Shown: piece by piece, positions 1-10,860 of the stretch
Layout: every line of letters starts with the position of its first letter
Position numbering within the stretch: the first letter of the stretch is position 1
Assembly (NCBI RefSeq): GCF_004010195.1
Contig: NC_057752.1
Span: 1,598,704-1,626,318, forward strand
Length of the DNA stretch: 27,615 nucleotides
Source: Chiloscyllium plagiosum
Taxonomy: Eukaryota
Direction: 5' to 3'
Translations under genes and position numbers: made by a program
Notes under the pieces: model-generated
Told to the model about the DNA's origin: nothing
Databases searched by the model: none
Seen by the model: the letters and a program-made list of their open reading frames with translations, nothing else

Positions 1-157
1 CCCTGGGGACAAAGCCTCATACTTCCCACTCTATCCACGCCTTTCACAATCTTATGAACGTCTATCGGGTCGCCCCTCAACCTCCTGCGTTCCAGTGAAA
101 ACAAACCCAGTCTATCCAACCTTTCTTCATCGCTAAAATCCCCCCCATACCAGGCAA
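1..157 (-). mobile_element. CR1-type LINE ORF2 C-terminal fragment (truncated by the window edge)
   Basis: Reverse complement resembles the degenerate 'L.GL.LFSLERRRLRGDLIE..KI..G.DRV' region seen in the other CR1 copies in this window. Confidence 0.8.
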
Positions 158-747
158 TAAATGCTGGGAAATGAGAGTTGCCCTGATTCTCATAGTCTCA
201 CTCGCGACAATCGGCCCCCCCCAATGAAGGTGAAGAACCATCATTCACAATGATGCATTCATCACGATCCAGATCTGCCGTATATCCATGCCCTTCGGGT
301 GTTCCTTTCTAGTATTGACAGATCCTCGCATTTCAACCTGGGCCCTTCTATCATCTTCAATTCACAATTCGTGCACTCAGCCAGTTGACTGGGCGCCTCC
401 CCACATCTTGGATCACTGCAGTCTGACGAGTTCTCACACGGAGAATGTTGAGCGGGCTATTTGCCTTCCCACTTTAAAACAAATTGCTGCTTGGTATTCA
501 AACCATTTCAACAATGACAACACACCATGAAATTGCATTATGACAATGAGTACAGTTAATCCCGTGAAAAGCTGGAGCAGAACAGCCGATTCTGGTTTGA
601 GTGGATTGTGGTATTTGCTGGTGCTTTTGACCTTAGTAGAGGGCAAGGATATCCTGATTCACTGCATTCAGATTATTACTGCCACCGTGTGCTTCATCCT
701 GCTTTCCTGGTGTTCAGCTTTGTGTGTTCTTCTGTGTTGTCCTTTTG

Positions 748-1111
748 GGAAGAAAAAAGTGAGGGCTGCAGATGCTGGAGATCAGAGCTGAAAATGTGTT
801 GCTGGAAAAGCGCAGCAGGTCAGGCAGCATCCAAGGAGCAGGAGAATCGACGTTTCGGGCATAAACCCTTCCTGAAAAAGGGCTTATGCCCGAAACGTCG
901 ATTCTCCTGTTCCTTGGATGCTGCCTGACCTGCTGTGCTTTTCCAGCAACACATTTTTAGTACATGTATGTGGAAATCAGCTAGGAGAAAGTGAGGACCG
1001 CAGATGCTGGAGATCAGAGCTGAAAATGTGTTGCTGGAAAAGCGCAGCAGGTCAGGCAGCATCCAAGGAGCAGGAGAATCGACGTTTCGGGCTTGAGCCC
1101 TTCTTCAGGAA
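748..1111. mobile_element. Composite Penelope-like (PLE)-derived insert: palindrome plus second copy, with hammerhead motifs
   Basis: Inverted repeat of ~791-870 vs ~878-957 and a direct second copy at ~988-1110. Exact 17-bp flanking direct repeat tctgtgttgtccttttg at 731-747 and 1112-1128 (TSD). Confidence 0.8.
1081..1108 (-). ncRNA. Minimal hammerhead ribozyme motif (PLE type), intact catalytic core
   Basis: Minus strand reads CUGAAGA-A-GGGC-UCAA-GCCC-GAAAC-GUC: CUGANGA and GAAA cores, 4-bp stem II, palindromic ACGU in place of stem III, GUC cleavage triplet. Activity is not shown. Confidence 0.6.
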
Positions 1112-1227
1112 TCTGTGTTGTCCTTTTGCCTTTTTGGGCTAAGTCCAGCCAGAGTGAAAGTCATCTCTGCCTCCTGCAGTAAAAAAACTGATTTAAGGTC
1201 ATCTCAAGGCCATTCTTTCTAAGTGTC

Positions 1228-2272
1228 CAAGAGAGATTGAGTAGACTGGGACTATACTTGTTGGAATTTAGAACAATGAGGGGGGCTTTTATAGAAACAT
1301 ATCAAATGATGAAGGGAATAGGTAAGATAGAAGCAGGGAGGTTGTTTCCACGGGTGGGTGAAACTACAATGCGGGGGCTTAGCCTCAAAATAAGGGGGGA
1401 GCAGATTTTGTAGAGGTGTAGTGGACAGTGAAGAAGGTCACCGCAGATGGAGTTTAACTTAGATAAATGTGAGGTGCTGCATTTTGGATCGGAAAGATGC
1501 TGTGAAACTTGAAAGGGTTCAGCAAAGATTTACAAGGATGTTGCCAGGGTTGGAGGATTTGAGCTACAGGGAGAGGCTGAACAGGCTGGGGCTGTTTTCC
1601 CTGGAGCGTAAGAGGCTGAGGGGTGACCTTATAGTGGTTTATAAAATCACGAGGGGCATGGATAGGATAAATAGACAAAGTCTTTTCCCTGGGGTGGGGG
1701 AGTCCAGAACTAGAGAGGCATAGGTTTAGGGTGAGAGGGGAAAGATATAAAAGAGCCCTAAGGGGCAACTGTTTCACACAGAGGGTGGTACGTGTATGGA
1801 ATGAGCTGCCAGAGGAAGTGGTGGAGGCTGGTACAATTGCAACATTTAAGAGGCATTTGGATGGGTATATGAAGAGGAAGGGTTTGGAGGGATATAGGCC
1901 GGGTGCTGGCAGATGGGACTAGATTAATTTCGGATATCTGGCCGGCATGGACAAAATGTACTGTTTCGTGCTGTACAGCTCTATATCAGATTCTATGTCA
2001 GATGTAGGACTGAGTTTAGGAGGAGCTTCTTCACCCAGGGGGTAGTGAATCTGTGCAATTCCCTGCCCAGTGAAGCAGCTGAGACTATCTCGTTGGATGT
2101 TTTTAAGGCAAAGATAGATTTGTAAGCAGTAAAGGAGTTAAAGGTTATGCTGAGTGAGTGGGTAAGTGGAGCTGAGTCCACGATAAAGATGAGCCATGAT
2201 CTTATTGAATGTCGGAGCAGGCTGGAGGGGTCAGATGGGCCTACTCCTGTTCCTGGTCCTTATGTTCTTATG
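1228..2272 (+). mobile_element. Older CR1 LINE 3' portion, split by a younger LINE at ~1411-1997
   Basis: 1228-1410 resembles a degenerate 'RLSRLGLY.LEFR.MRG.LIETY' segment. The element resumes at ~2000 (aggactgag...ttcttcacccag) and ends in a CR1 tail (...cctactcctgttcctggtccttatgttcttatg). Confidence 0.8.
1411..1997 (+). mobile_element. Young HER1/CR1 LINE 3' end, internally deleted
   Basis: ORFs 1469-1723 and 1731-1922 give VKLERVQQRFTRMLPGLEDLSYRERLNRLGLFSLE...RVVRVWNELPEEVVEAGTIATFKRHLD, the CR1 ORF2 C-terminus, broken by a stop. Confidence 0.93.
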
Positions 2273-2319
2273 AATGCGTGCCCTGGTGGTTGTAGTTTTT
2301 TTCACTTTGACAACACTCC

Positions 2320-2385
2320 TGTGAAGCGCCTTGGGAGACATTGCCCTCTGAGAAAGGTGCTATAGAATTGCAGGTTGTTGTTGTC
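2320..2385 (+). repeat. L2/DeuSINE-type 3' tail remnant
   Basis: tgtgaagcgccttgggagac...aaaggtgctatagaattgcaggttgttgttgt resembles the L2-clade tail. The reverse complement of a similar tail lies at 17455. Confidence 0.55.
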
Positions 2386-2689
2386 GCCTCGCTGCGTGAC
2401 CTGCGCTCCCTCGGGGTCGCTGATTTTCTGCTGATTGTCTGGTCTTCCTCTATGTATGAGAAACAAAGGTTTGAAGAATGTAACTTTGCAGAGTGCACTG
2501 TGTCTGCAAACCTTGGATTGTCGCTTTGCTATCCCTTTTTTTTTAACCAAATAAAAAATCAATTCCTGTTTGAAGCACAAAGTATTCTCACTGGCAGATG
2601 TATTTGGAAGCATTGTGCTGTATAGTGGCATTTCCGTTCCCAAACACCTCTCTGCTTTTCCATCACTGGCTTCTCCTTTGAGTATCTGT

Positions 2690-2845
2690 TTAACAGCAAA
2701 CTCTGCCTAAATATTTGGTCAACACTGCTAATATCTCTTGCTTCAGCACCATATTGATTTTTGTCCAGTCAGGTTTCTTTGGAGCACTGCTGAATGTTTT
2801 GAAAGGTTCTAAGGCACAGTACAAATACAAGCTCTTGTTGTTTAT
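2690..2845 (+). repeat. Degenerate L2-like 3' remnant
   Basis: Ends in aaggcacagtacaaatacaagctcttgttgttt, similar to the tail at 2350-2385. Confidence 0.4.
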
Positions 2846-3062
2846 GCTGCCATACAGAAGATAATATTGTGAGCAAGCTGGGATGGTTTGTCCCAATAGT
2901 CTACAGGCTGGATTTCCAGCTCAAGTCAGGAAATCAAAGCTAACTCATAGCCCCATACCCACACTCTAAGGCACTTTATGGGCTCCATGCCAACTTAATG
3001 CCAACTCACGTCTGCACCACCCTTTGTCTTTCGACTCTTCATGCGCCCAGTGTGCACCATGG

Positions 3063-3260
3063 ATAAACATACGAATGCACAAATTAGGATTAGATGGTAT
3101 GCCCTTCGGCCCATTGATTCTGTTCTCCCATTCAATATGGTCACGGGTGCCGGGTTTATGTTTCGGATTCCACATTCCCATTGACCCCCAATAACCTTTT
3201 GATACCACTGCCTGACAGGAAACCACCCACCTCCACCTTAAAAATACTCACCGACCCCAA
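3063..3260 (-). mobile_element. CR1 LINE 3' tail fragment
   Basis: cccttcggccc...ccattcaatatggtcacgg...cacattccc matches the reverse of the CR1 3'UTR seen at 2190-2270. Confidence 0.65.
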
Positions 3261-3454
3261 GTAGGAGGGGGCAATTGCAGATGGGCACTCGGGATCGGTT
3301 CCTGTATTTGCGCTGGGGACGCAGGGTTAGCAACGTTGATTAGGTGGAGAAAGCCTGGTGAAGCCACACTCCCACTCCCCGTGGCACCCAAGTAAACCCC
3401 AAAACAGCTCCGAATGCTTTAGATTGTGGGCACGACTCTGCAGTGGAACTTGGG

Positions 3455-3687
3455 CCATTGGTTTAAATGGGACCCGAGAGGCAACTTTTACACGCAGAGA
3501 GTGGTTCATGTGTGGAAGGAACTGCCAGAAGAAGTGGTAGATGTGGGTACAGTTACAACATTTTAAAGACATTTGGGCGAATATGGACCAAACATAGGCA
3601 AATGGGACTAGTATAGTTTGGGAAACCCAGTTGGCATGGACGAGTTGGGCCGAAGGGCCTGTTCCTGTGCTGTATGCCTCTATGACA
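3455..3687 (+). mobile_element. HER1/CR1 LINE 3' end
   Basis: ggcaactttta cacgcagagagtggt...gaactgccagaagaagtggtag...ggcatggacgagttgggccgaagggcctgttcctgtgctgtatgcctctatgac. Confidence 0.85.
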
Positions 3688-3689
3688 CG

Positions 3690-4030
3690 GTCACTCAAAA
3701 CACTCCAGTGAAGTGCTTTTCGAAATGTACTTGCTGTCATAACGTAGGAAATGTATAGCAAGCTCCCACAAACACCGATGTGATAATGAGCAGAAAGTGC
3801 ATGTTGGTGTTGCTTATTGAAGGATCGATATTGGCCGAAATGCCAGGGAGAACCTCTCTGCTCTTCTTTGAGATCGTGTCATGGAATCGCTGACATCCAT
3901 GTGAAATGGGCCAATGGGCCTTCTGCTTCATGTCTCATCCAATAGGTGGTACCTCTGTTAGTACTGTGCTGGAGTTACAGCTTCGAATGCTGTGGCCTGG
4001 GATGGAACTGATCACCTCCTGACTGATCAG
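3690..4030 (-). mobile_element. DeuSINE (SacSINE1/AmnSINE1-like) copy
   Basis: Reverse complement contains the Deu-domain-like 'ccatgacacgatctcaaagaagagcagagaggttctccctggcatttcggccaatatcgatccttcaa'. A related copy lies at 10170-10625. Confidence 0.7.
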
Positions 4031-4117
4031 AATCAGAATTCCTGATGAAGGGCTTCTCCTGCTCCTCGGATGCTGCCTGACCTGCTGCGCTTTTCCAGCA
4101 CCGCACTGTTGGCCCTT
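4031..4117 (+). mobile_element. Short PLE-derived insert (hammerhead motif partly deleted)
   Basis: cctgatgaagggc joined directly to ttctcctgctcctcggatgctgcctgacctgctg, same family as 748-1111. 12-bp direct repeat ctgactgatcag at 4019-4030 and 4118-4129. Confidence 0.75.
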
Positions 4118-6310
4118 CTGACTGATCAGTTGACCTCACAGTTATTGTGGGACCTCTCCCTGCTAATGTGCTATTTGCTTCAGCTAATGTAGGCCCAGGA
4201 TAAAAATAACATTGAAGTACTGGGTCCTCCAGCATAATATGGGGTGGGGGCTTGAGAGGATGAGATGGCGGTAGACCTTGTTGGCAGCGTTAAAATGGAT
4301 TGTCAGGAAATTCAGAGCAAAGCAGGGATGTTAACTTCAGTGGCTGGTTCTCTGCTTGGTGCTCTGGCACAGTCAGAGCCTGCAACGAAATGTGATATTC
4401 ATATGTTATTCTGTCAGCTATTCCTGACTTCCTCCAGTAACGAGGGTTTGTTTTGAAATGGCTCATTGTTTCACCAAATGAGGTGTTTCAAAGTTTCTAT
4501 AACATGCACATCCTTGAGTGCTACACTGCAAAACAGCAGCTGCACAGGGTGATCGATGTCAGGCTTTCAGTTCTGCTCAGCAATTCCTGCATTCCACTTA
4601 TTGTCTTCGCTTCCCAGAATGTAGCTTCATTCCCTGTATTATTTCGCCAAAGTGGAGCCCAGAGTTTCCTGAGCCTAATTTGTTCTTCCAAGGCTGACCA
4701 CATTGTGTCCTCCTAGTAGCATGACCTTCTCTAATGACCCTTCGCCACAGGATCAGCCAAATTATTTTTCGGGCCATTGGGCTTGAGCCTAGACTGATAG
4801 GACGCGTGGCCCTGTTCTGCTGGGGTGTAGATAGCTCACTGGCTCAGAATTCGTTTGCAATCCAGCCGGACATTATGACCCACCTGAATCGGGAGCACTG
4901 GAATGGTGCCAGAGCGCCCAGTGCCCCCTTCGGAGGTCAGTTTCAATTTGGATGGATGCCAGTGTGACCCGGTGACGCACTCCAACCCTGTTCATGAATC
5001 CTTTCCCAGCTCTGGCCTTGGATTCCTCACCCTCTCCCTTGCACTAGCCGTCTCTCCAGTTCACTCCCACTGTAAAAGAGAGCATGGGAACAGAGACTGG
5101 CTATTCAGCCCCTCGATCCCGTTTGGCAATTCAGTTCGATCATGCTTAATTGGATTCATAGAATACTGGCTGGAGTAGTGTAGCCAAAGCTGTGGGAGGG
5201 ATGTTCATACCTCAGCTTGTGGGACTGTGAAGCAACTGGTGAGTCCTTCCATGGTCTCAGGTGCCCATCTAGGCAGGGTCTCCCACAGCACAGAGACCAT
5301 TACAATGCCCAGCAGTCTCTGTTCACCACCTTGTTTTATGGCTGCTCAAAACAACTTCCAAGTTTGACAACAGACACTATAACATCAAGCAAAGTAGAGC
5401 AGGCTGAAAGAAAATTTGATTATAGCGCTTGAATGAGATATGCTCGCATTGTTAACTGCAGTGTATCAAGGCTGAAATGGAGTGGGGCTGTATCCAGTTT
5501 ACAAGCACTAGCCGTGGGCAACTTCAAAGGTCAGGCTATTTAACCGAGGCTGATAATTGTTATTTGTTTAACTAAACAGCCTCGTGTACCCGCAGTGGTG
5601 ATCTAAGCACTGCCATGTGTATAAATCATTTACTTTCCAGAAAATTACACATGCTTCCAAATTGCTGCTGATTTTTCCCAGCCTAGGTGCCTGGCCCACA
5701 GCCAAATTGAAATCTCCCTGTGCGCGGGTCATAAGACGGCTCGGCAACTTAATTTTTTTTTCCCCCGTTTGACTTATAAATCTTAACTGGTAAAGGTTGT
5801 GCAGAAAGGCACGCCGTCGATTTTCCTTTCTAGCTTTTCTGTTGGGGTGAAGAAGCCACGTTTTATGACACATTGCCTCAAATTCACAGCGCAGTCATAC
5901 ACCAGTCCCTGCTGACTGTACTTTTTCTGTCTAAAATCACCCTATCCCTTTTCTCCTCCTTCATGCATAATTTATAGTCCATTAAAAAGTTGACATGACT
6001 TTGAACCCAATGTTATCATCCACATGCATTCCCAAGACCTGTTCTAAGCTGACCCCATATATGTACCTTCCCAGGCCTGGAGGCCATCCAAGCAGCTAAA
6101 GGTGCTGCAGGCATGACTTTGGCTTGATGGGAGGAATTAAGGTGAAGACTTTAACTCTGCAGATGACAGTAAATCGGGGAGAGAAAAGGCCAATACCATA
6201 AGGGGACTGCAACAAATTACAGGAGGACATTAATAAACCTGCAGAAGGGGCAAATAATTGGTAAATAAATTTTGACACAGATAGATGTGAGGTAGTATTA
6301 TGTACATCTA

Positions 6311-6625
6311 CATGGCTCAGTGGTTAACACTGCTGCCTCATAGCACTAAGGACCCAGGTACGATTCCAGCCTTGGGTGACTGTCTGGGTGGGGTTTGTAC
6401 GTTTTCCCCGTGTCTGCATGGGTTTCCTCTGGGTGCTCCGGTTTCCTCCCACAGTCCAAAGATGTGCAGGTCAGGTGGTCTGGCTGTGTGACATTGTCCA
6501 GGGATGTACAGGTTGGTGGATTAGCCATGGCAATGCAGAGTGATCAGGGTTGGGGAATGTGTCTGGGCGGGATGCTCTTTGGAGGCCCCATATGGGCTGA
6601 ATGGCCTGCTCTCACATTGTAGGCT
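6311..6625 (+). mobile_element. HE1-type V-SINE (tRNA-derived head)
   Basis: A box tggctcagtgg, B-box-like ggtacgattcc, V-domain gggtttcctctgggtgctccggtttcctcccacagtccaaagatgtgcagg, HER1-like tail. Confidence 0.9.
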
Positions 6626-6669
6626 TGTTCTGCAAAACCCGGTGTGGTAGAGGAATAATGGGATCTTGG

Positions 6670-6903
6670 AAACAAACACACAAAGTGCTGGAGGAACTCA
6701 GCAGGTCAGGCAGCATCTAGAGGAGAGAGAGAAAGAAAGTTACCCTTTTGAGTCCGGTTTGACAATTTTTCAGAACCAAGTCATACCAGACTCAAAAGAT
6801 GAACTCTGTTCTTCTCTCATCACAGATGCTGCCTGACCTGCTGAGTTTCTCCAGCACTTTCCGTGTTTGCTTCAGACTTCCAGCATCTGCAGGATTTTGC
6901 CTT
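6670..6903. mobile_element. Palindromic PLE-derived insert (second family)
   Basis: Arms aaagtgctggaggaactcagcaggtcaggcagcatct (~6682-6718) and agatgctgcctgacctgctgagtttctccagcacttt (~6824-6860). Inner arms ttttgagtccggtttgac / gtcataccagactcaaaa. Confidence 0.75.
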
Positions 6904-8765
6904 TAATATGGGGACCTCAGAGTTCATTTTGATCGATCACTAAATGTTGGGCCTTGGGTTAGCAAGACCAGAAAAGGCAAACCAAATGCAAGGGTTTATT
7001 TCTGGAGGGATAGAATTGAAAAGGAGGGAAGTTATACTCAGCCTATATTGACCCTCAGTTAGTCCACACCGAGAGTACTGTGGAATGTTCTGGTCTCTAT
7101 ATTATGGAAAGGATTTTGAGCCACTAGAGAGAAAGCAAAGGAGATTCACAAGGATGAGACAGAAGTGTGTGGGCTTATATACTCTGAAGGGATTGACAGG
7201 ATAGTCTGTTTTTTCCTCAACAAAGGCAGCTGATAGGTGATCTAATAGAGGTCTTCAAAACAGTGAGAGGTTTTTGTTTGAATGAACACCGAGAGAATGT
7301 TTCCCTTTGCGGGAAAGAGCAGAACCAGAGGTCATTAGTACAAGATCATCCTGAAAAAATCCAACAGAGAATTCAGAAGAGATGCCTTCGCCCAGAGAGC
7401 GGTGAGAATGTGGACCTCACTCCCACAGGGAGTGGTTAAAATGGATACGACAAATAGGTTTAAGGGGAAGCGAAATGAGCAGACGAAGGAGAAGGAAAGA
7501 GAGGGTTCCAGTGATAGATTTGGATGAGGGTAGATTGGTGGAGGATCGAGTGGAGCATAAGCACCAGAATGGACCAATCGGGCTGAATGGCTTTTTCCTG
7601 TGGCTTCTTTCCCATGTTTATGATGTGCACACGACAGACTGAACAAACCTGGAGCTATTTTGAACAGAGATTAGGGGGAAGATGTACTGAATCGGGATTG
7701 TAAATGGAGATGATGTCTTCCTCTTCAACGTTTTTGAGAATTCTCTAAATGAGACAGATCCAGATTGTCTTACTAGTTCATCTGTGTCCTAAGAAGATAG
7801 GGTGAAGAATGGTCCCTCCTCATGGGTGGGTGGAGGTGGGGTGGAGGACCTTCTGAGGCGTTCCACTTTGCTGACCTTGCAGCTTTCTCTCGTCTTTGGG
7901 AATCCAATCCGAAGTGCAGGCTGGCTCGAGGTCACTCGAAAAAATGCCCACAATGTAATGAGGGCTCTTCACAGATCAACAACCCCCTTTGATTCCTGAT
8001 TTTTGTGGTGGAGTTGGTGTCTTGTTGCGTATGAAATTGAGCTTCAGCCGGATTAGCTCAGAGTGACAGAGCAGAGAGATGCTGGTGAAACAATTGGTCA
8101 CCAGAACATCCATTTAACAAGGCGCCGAATCCAAGGGTCACGGTTTCTGTCAGGTGCTGTCAACCGCTCCATCGGCCAAGTCTAGAGTTTGCCGTCATCC
8201 AAAATATCCAAAATACCAAGCAACTAGTTCTCAGTTTCTGATATTTCAGCCTTCAGCGCCTAAACTGAGTCCCTGTTTCCGTGTTGACCTTGTGCACGGA
8301 GCTGCCTAAAAGACAAATGGCTGCATGAATGATCCCTTCTTCATTTTCTGGGAATTAACTGGGAACTGTATAACCTTCCATAAATTCAGCTTAGAATAGT
8401 TCCGGGTCATGTTGGATGTTCTGGAGCTGAGCAACAGACAGTGGGCCTGGAGGGGTGGGGGGTGGTCATAATTCCTGACTGTTTGCCCCTCTTCCCAGGT
8501 GATGTTTGTGCCCAGGTGTCCTCGGATAGGGCCCACACAGTGCTTGCCAATACACTTGGAGAGAGGTGGGCACTGTGGGGTGTGAAGTACATTCATTCCC
8601 CCCTCCCCCTCCAACTCCGTTTGAATTGAGTCCCATCCTTTTCTCCCAACCTGCTCCCCACTGTTGCTGTTGTTGCACACTGCCCCTGATGGGCGATGCT
8701 TGGGAATGGTTCTTTTCAAGAGAAACTCTGGTGTGTTGTACCAAAAAGAAATACCAGAGAAACAT

Positions 8766-9085
8766 GGGGTGGCACAGTGGCTCAGTGGTTAGCACTGCTG
8801 CCTCACAGCACCAGGGACCCGGGTTCGATCCCAGCCTCAGGTGACTGTCTGTGTGGAGTTTGCACATTCTCCCCGTGTCTGTGTGGGTTTCCTCCGGGTG
8901 CTCCAGTTTCTCCCACAGTCCAAAGATGTGCAGGGTCAGGTGAAATGGCCATTCTAAATTGCCCGTAGTGTTAGGTGCATTCATCAGGGGTGAATTTAGG
9001 ATCGGGGTGGGTTACTCTTCGGAGGGTCGGTGTGGACTTGTTGGGCCGAAGGGCCTGTTTCCACACTGTAGGGAATCTAATCTAA
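8766..9085 (+). mobile_element. HE1-type V-SINE, near full length
   Basis: ggcacagtggctcagtggttagcactgctgcctcacagc...gggttcgatccc (A/B boxes), V domain, tail ttgggccgaagggcctgtttccacactgtagggaatctaatctaa. Confidence 0.93.
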
Positions 9086-9912
9086 AACAAAACACCCTCC
9101 AATTCAATCATTATTCCATATTGACTTCGCTGAGCTTGAACAGGGCAGTAGTTCAGGCTATACAATTAGCTCAGAGCTCCCAAGTGAGGCTTCCACCTAC
9201 TAAAGGGTCTAATTTCTATTTCTCCCCTTCCTGTTTCTCTCTGTCTCCATGATGAATCTTGCCGGATAAATCATTTTCTGTCCAGCTTACAATTCAGTCT
9301 CAGAAATTTCTGCAAATAACTGCAATATGCAAGCCCAGAGCAAATGGAAGGGAGCTCCTATCTAACTGTTAGCAGTTACGAGGAGGGGTCGGTGTGTCAG
9401 TGAAGACAGGACCGAGCAGTAACTGAGAAGGTGCAGGTCGTGGCTGGGAGCAGGTTACTATTCCGAGGAGCTGCTGGTTTCTAAATTAGAAGCATTTTAT
9501 GTGACAGATTCATCGTGTATCCTGATCTATTGCTTTGTTAATTTTAGGTTTTAATGTCTCTTCACTGAAACCTGTTTTCCTTTCATAGCTGCAGGCTACT
9601 CAGAAATCTCACTTTCATCTTCAAAGCCTGAATGCAAAACGCACTCAGACAAGGAAAGAATGCTTGCGATTTGAAGTGAAGGAGTTCACTGGGCTCTCTG
9701 TTTCGAGTCCAACAGATAGGAGTCTGTTATATTTCAGTAATTCGACCACTTGTTCCAATTGAGCAATTTTGATTCTCAAAAGAGGTGCCGACTACATTAT
9801 TAAATCACAATGAGTCTGAATAGTTTACTTAAATACCAAGTCCTCTAGTGAAGTTTCAGCCAACTCCTTTTGTGATTTGGGGGGGCCTCATCATACAGGG
9901 TTGGTAGCAGTA

Positions 9913-10018
9913 AGGACTCTTGTGGTAGCGCCCCTATCTCTGGACCAAGAGGTCCAAGTTCAAATCCAACCTATCTTAAAGGTGTGTAATAGCATCTCTG
10001 AACAGGCCGATTAGAAAC
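9913..10018 (+). mobile_element. Short tRNA-like SINE remnant
   Basis: ggactcttgtggtagcg...ccaagaggtccaagttcaaatcc...aaaggtgtgtaatagcat, paralleled by the copy at 24758-24832. Confidence 0.55.
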
Positions 10019-10169
10019 TATGGAAAAGTGAATGGGGTGGTAATGGTGAAGGAACGAAGCATTGGTGCAGAGTAACAGGGAAAGGCAAAATAGTGGCAGT
10101 TCTGTCTGAAAGGAAGGATGTGTAAAACCAAACATTTGTGCCAACAGAACCAAAAAAAACAGAGTTTCT

Positions 10170-10625
10170 GATCTAAAATTGTCGTAACGTGTGAAATGCA
10201 GTTGTCATTTTGCGCGCAGCAAGCTCTCACAGTGAGCAACATGATAACAAGCAGGGAATCGGTTTCTGGTACAGTGATTGAAGGATTAAACAATGGCCAC
10301 GCCCACCCAGGAGAATTAAAAAACCGAACTTGCTGGAAAAGCTCAGCAGGTCTGGCAGCATCTGTGGAGGGAAATCAGAGTTAAGGTTTCCGATCGAGTG
10401 ACCCCCCCTCCTCTGAATTACTCAGGAGAACTCCTTGGCTGTGCTCTGACAGCGCTGAGGGGGCTTCAGTTGAGCATTTCATTTGAAAGATGGCCCCTTC
10501 AACGATGCAGAAACAGAGCAGTGCTCCCTCCGCAGGGCGCTGCAATCTCAGCCTGGAGCTTTCTGCTCAAGCGGCCATTGAACCTGGACCCTTGTGAGTC
10601 TGAGCTGAAAAGGCTCTCATCTCCT
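10170..10625 (-). mobile_element. DeuSINE-like copy split by a PLE-derived insert
   Basis: Colinear with 3690-4030 (gtcgtaacg...cagcaagctctcac...ttgaaggat...atggcc...caggagaa). Confidence 0.65.
10318..10419 (-). mobile_element. PLE-derived insert (second family) with degenerate hammerhead
   Basis: tgctggaaaagctcagcaggtctggcagcatctgtgg...gagttaaggtttcc. Flanked by repeated caggagaa (~10308 and ~10423), a probable TSD. Confidence 0.7.
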
Positions 10626-10860
10626 CTGTGACTTATCAAGGAGTCCAGTGAGGTTGATCAAGCATGCTCTCTTTTGAACCCCATGTCAACAACGCCTTGT
10701 TATGTTTGCCGTTACTGAGCTTCATGGGCACAGGAGCTTCCAGCACAATAAGATTGTTCATGAGCAATATAGCGTGGATGCTGGAAAGTGCAATACTCCA
10801 GCTTTTGTTGCTCTGCTAAAGAATATTTACAGAGTCTGCTCAATTCAGGGGAATACTTAA

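Larger units (their letters stand above)
6150..7622 (+). mobile_element. Old CR1 LINE (RT C-terminal half to 3' tail), interrupted by a SINE and a PLE palindrome
   Basis: Degenerate 'ADD.K' (gcagatgacagtaaa), 'LQEDI', 'KAN.M.GFI..GIE', 'LV.PH.EYC..FWS' segments in order, ending in a tail gggctgaatggc...cctgtg. Confidence 0.8.

Noticed and set aside
791..957. Palindromes as MITEs/DNA transposons, pre-miRNAs, CRISPR repeats or terminators
   Set aside because: TSDs vary in length (11-17 bp), arms are asymmetric, single-arm copies exist and a hammerhead-like motif sits at the turn, all favouring a retro (PLE) origin. The vertebrate intron context excludes CRISPR or bacterial terminators, and there is no evidence for a miRNA.
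608..1142. Near-identical ORFs on both strands (CCWKSAAGQAASKEQENRRFG)
   Set aside because: An artefact of the palindromic and duplicated PLE-derived repeat.
4903..5178. ORF containing 'SFNLDG', resembling the mature integrin alpha N-terminus (FNLD), as a possible ITGA7 exon 1
   Set aside because: No hydrophobic signal peptide before it and no G..GS.FGFSVA.H motif after it; the following residues (GCQCDPVTHSN...) are unlike integrin. Treated as coincidence. Exon 1 is probably upstream of the window.
5535..5575. A/T-rich ggctatttaacc and tgttatttgtttaa as MEF2/forkhead sites
   Set aside because: The MEF2 match is two bases short of consensus and there is no supporting motif cluster.
8197..8220. 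Short duplication atccaaaat-atccaaaat-accaa
   Set aside because: Trivial slippage duplication with no further structure.
8768..8840. tRNA-like sequence with A and B boxes (also at 6311, ~19800-19870 and 24140)
   Set aside because: These are SINE heads followed by the V-domain and LINE-derived tail, not tRNA genes.
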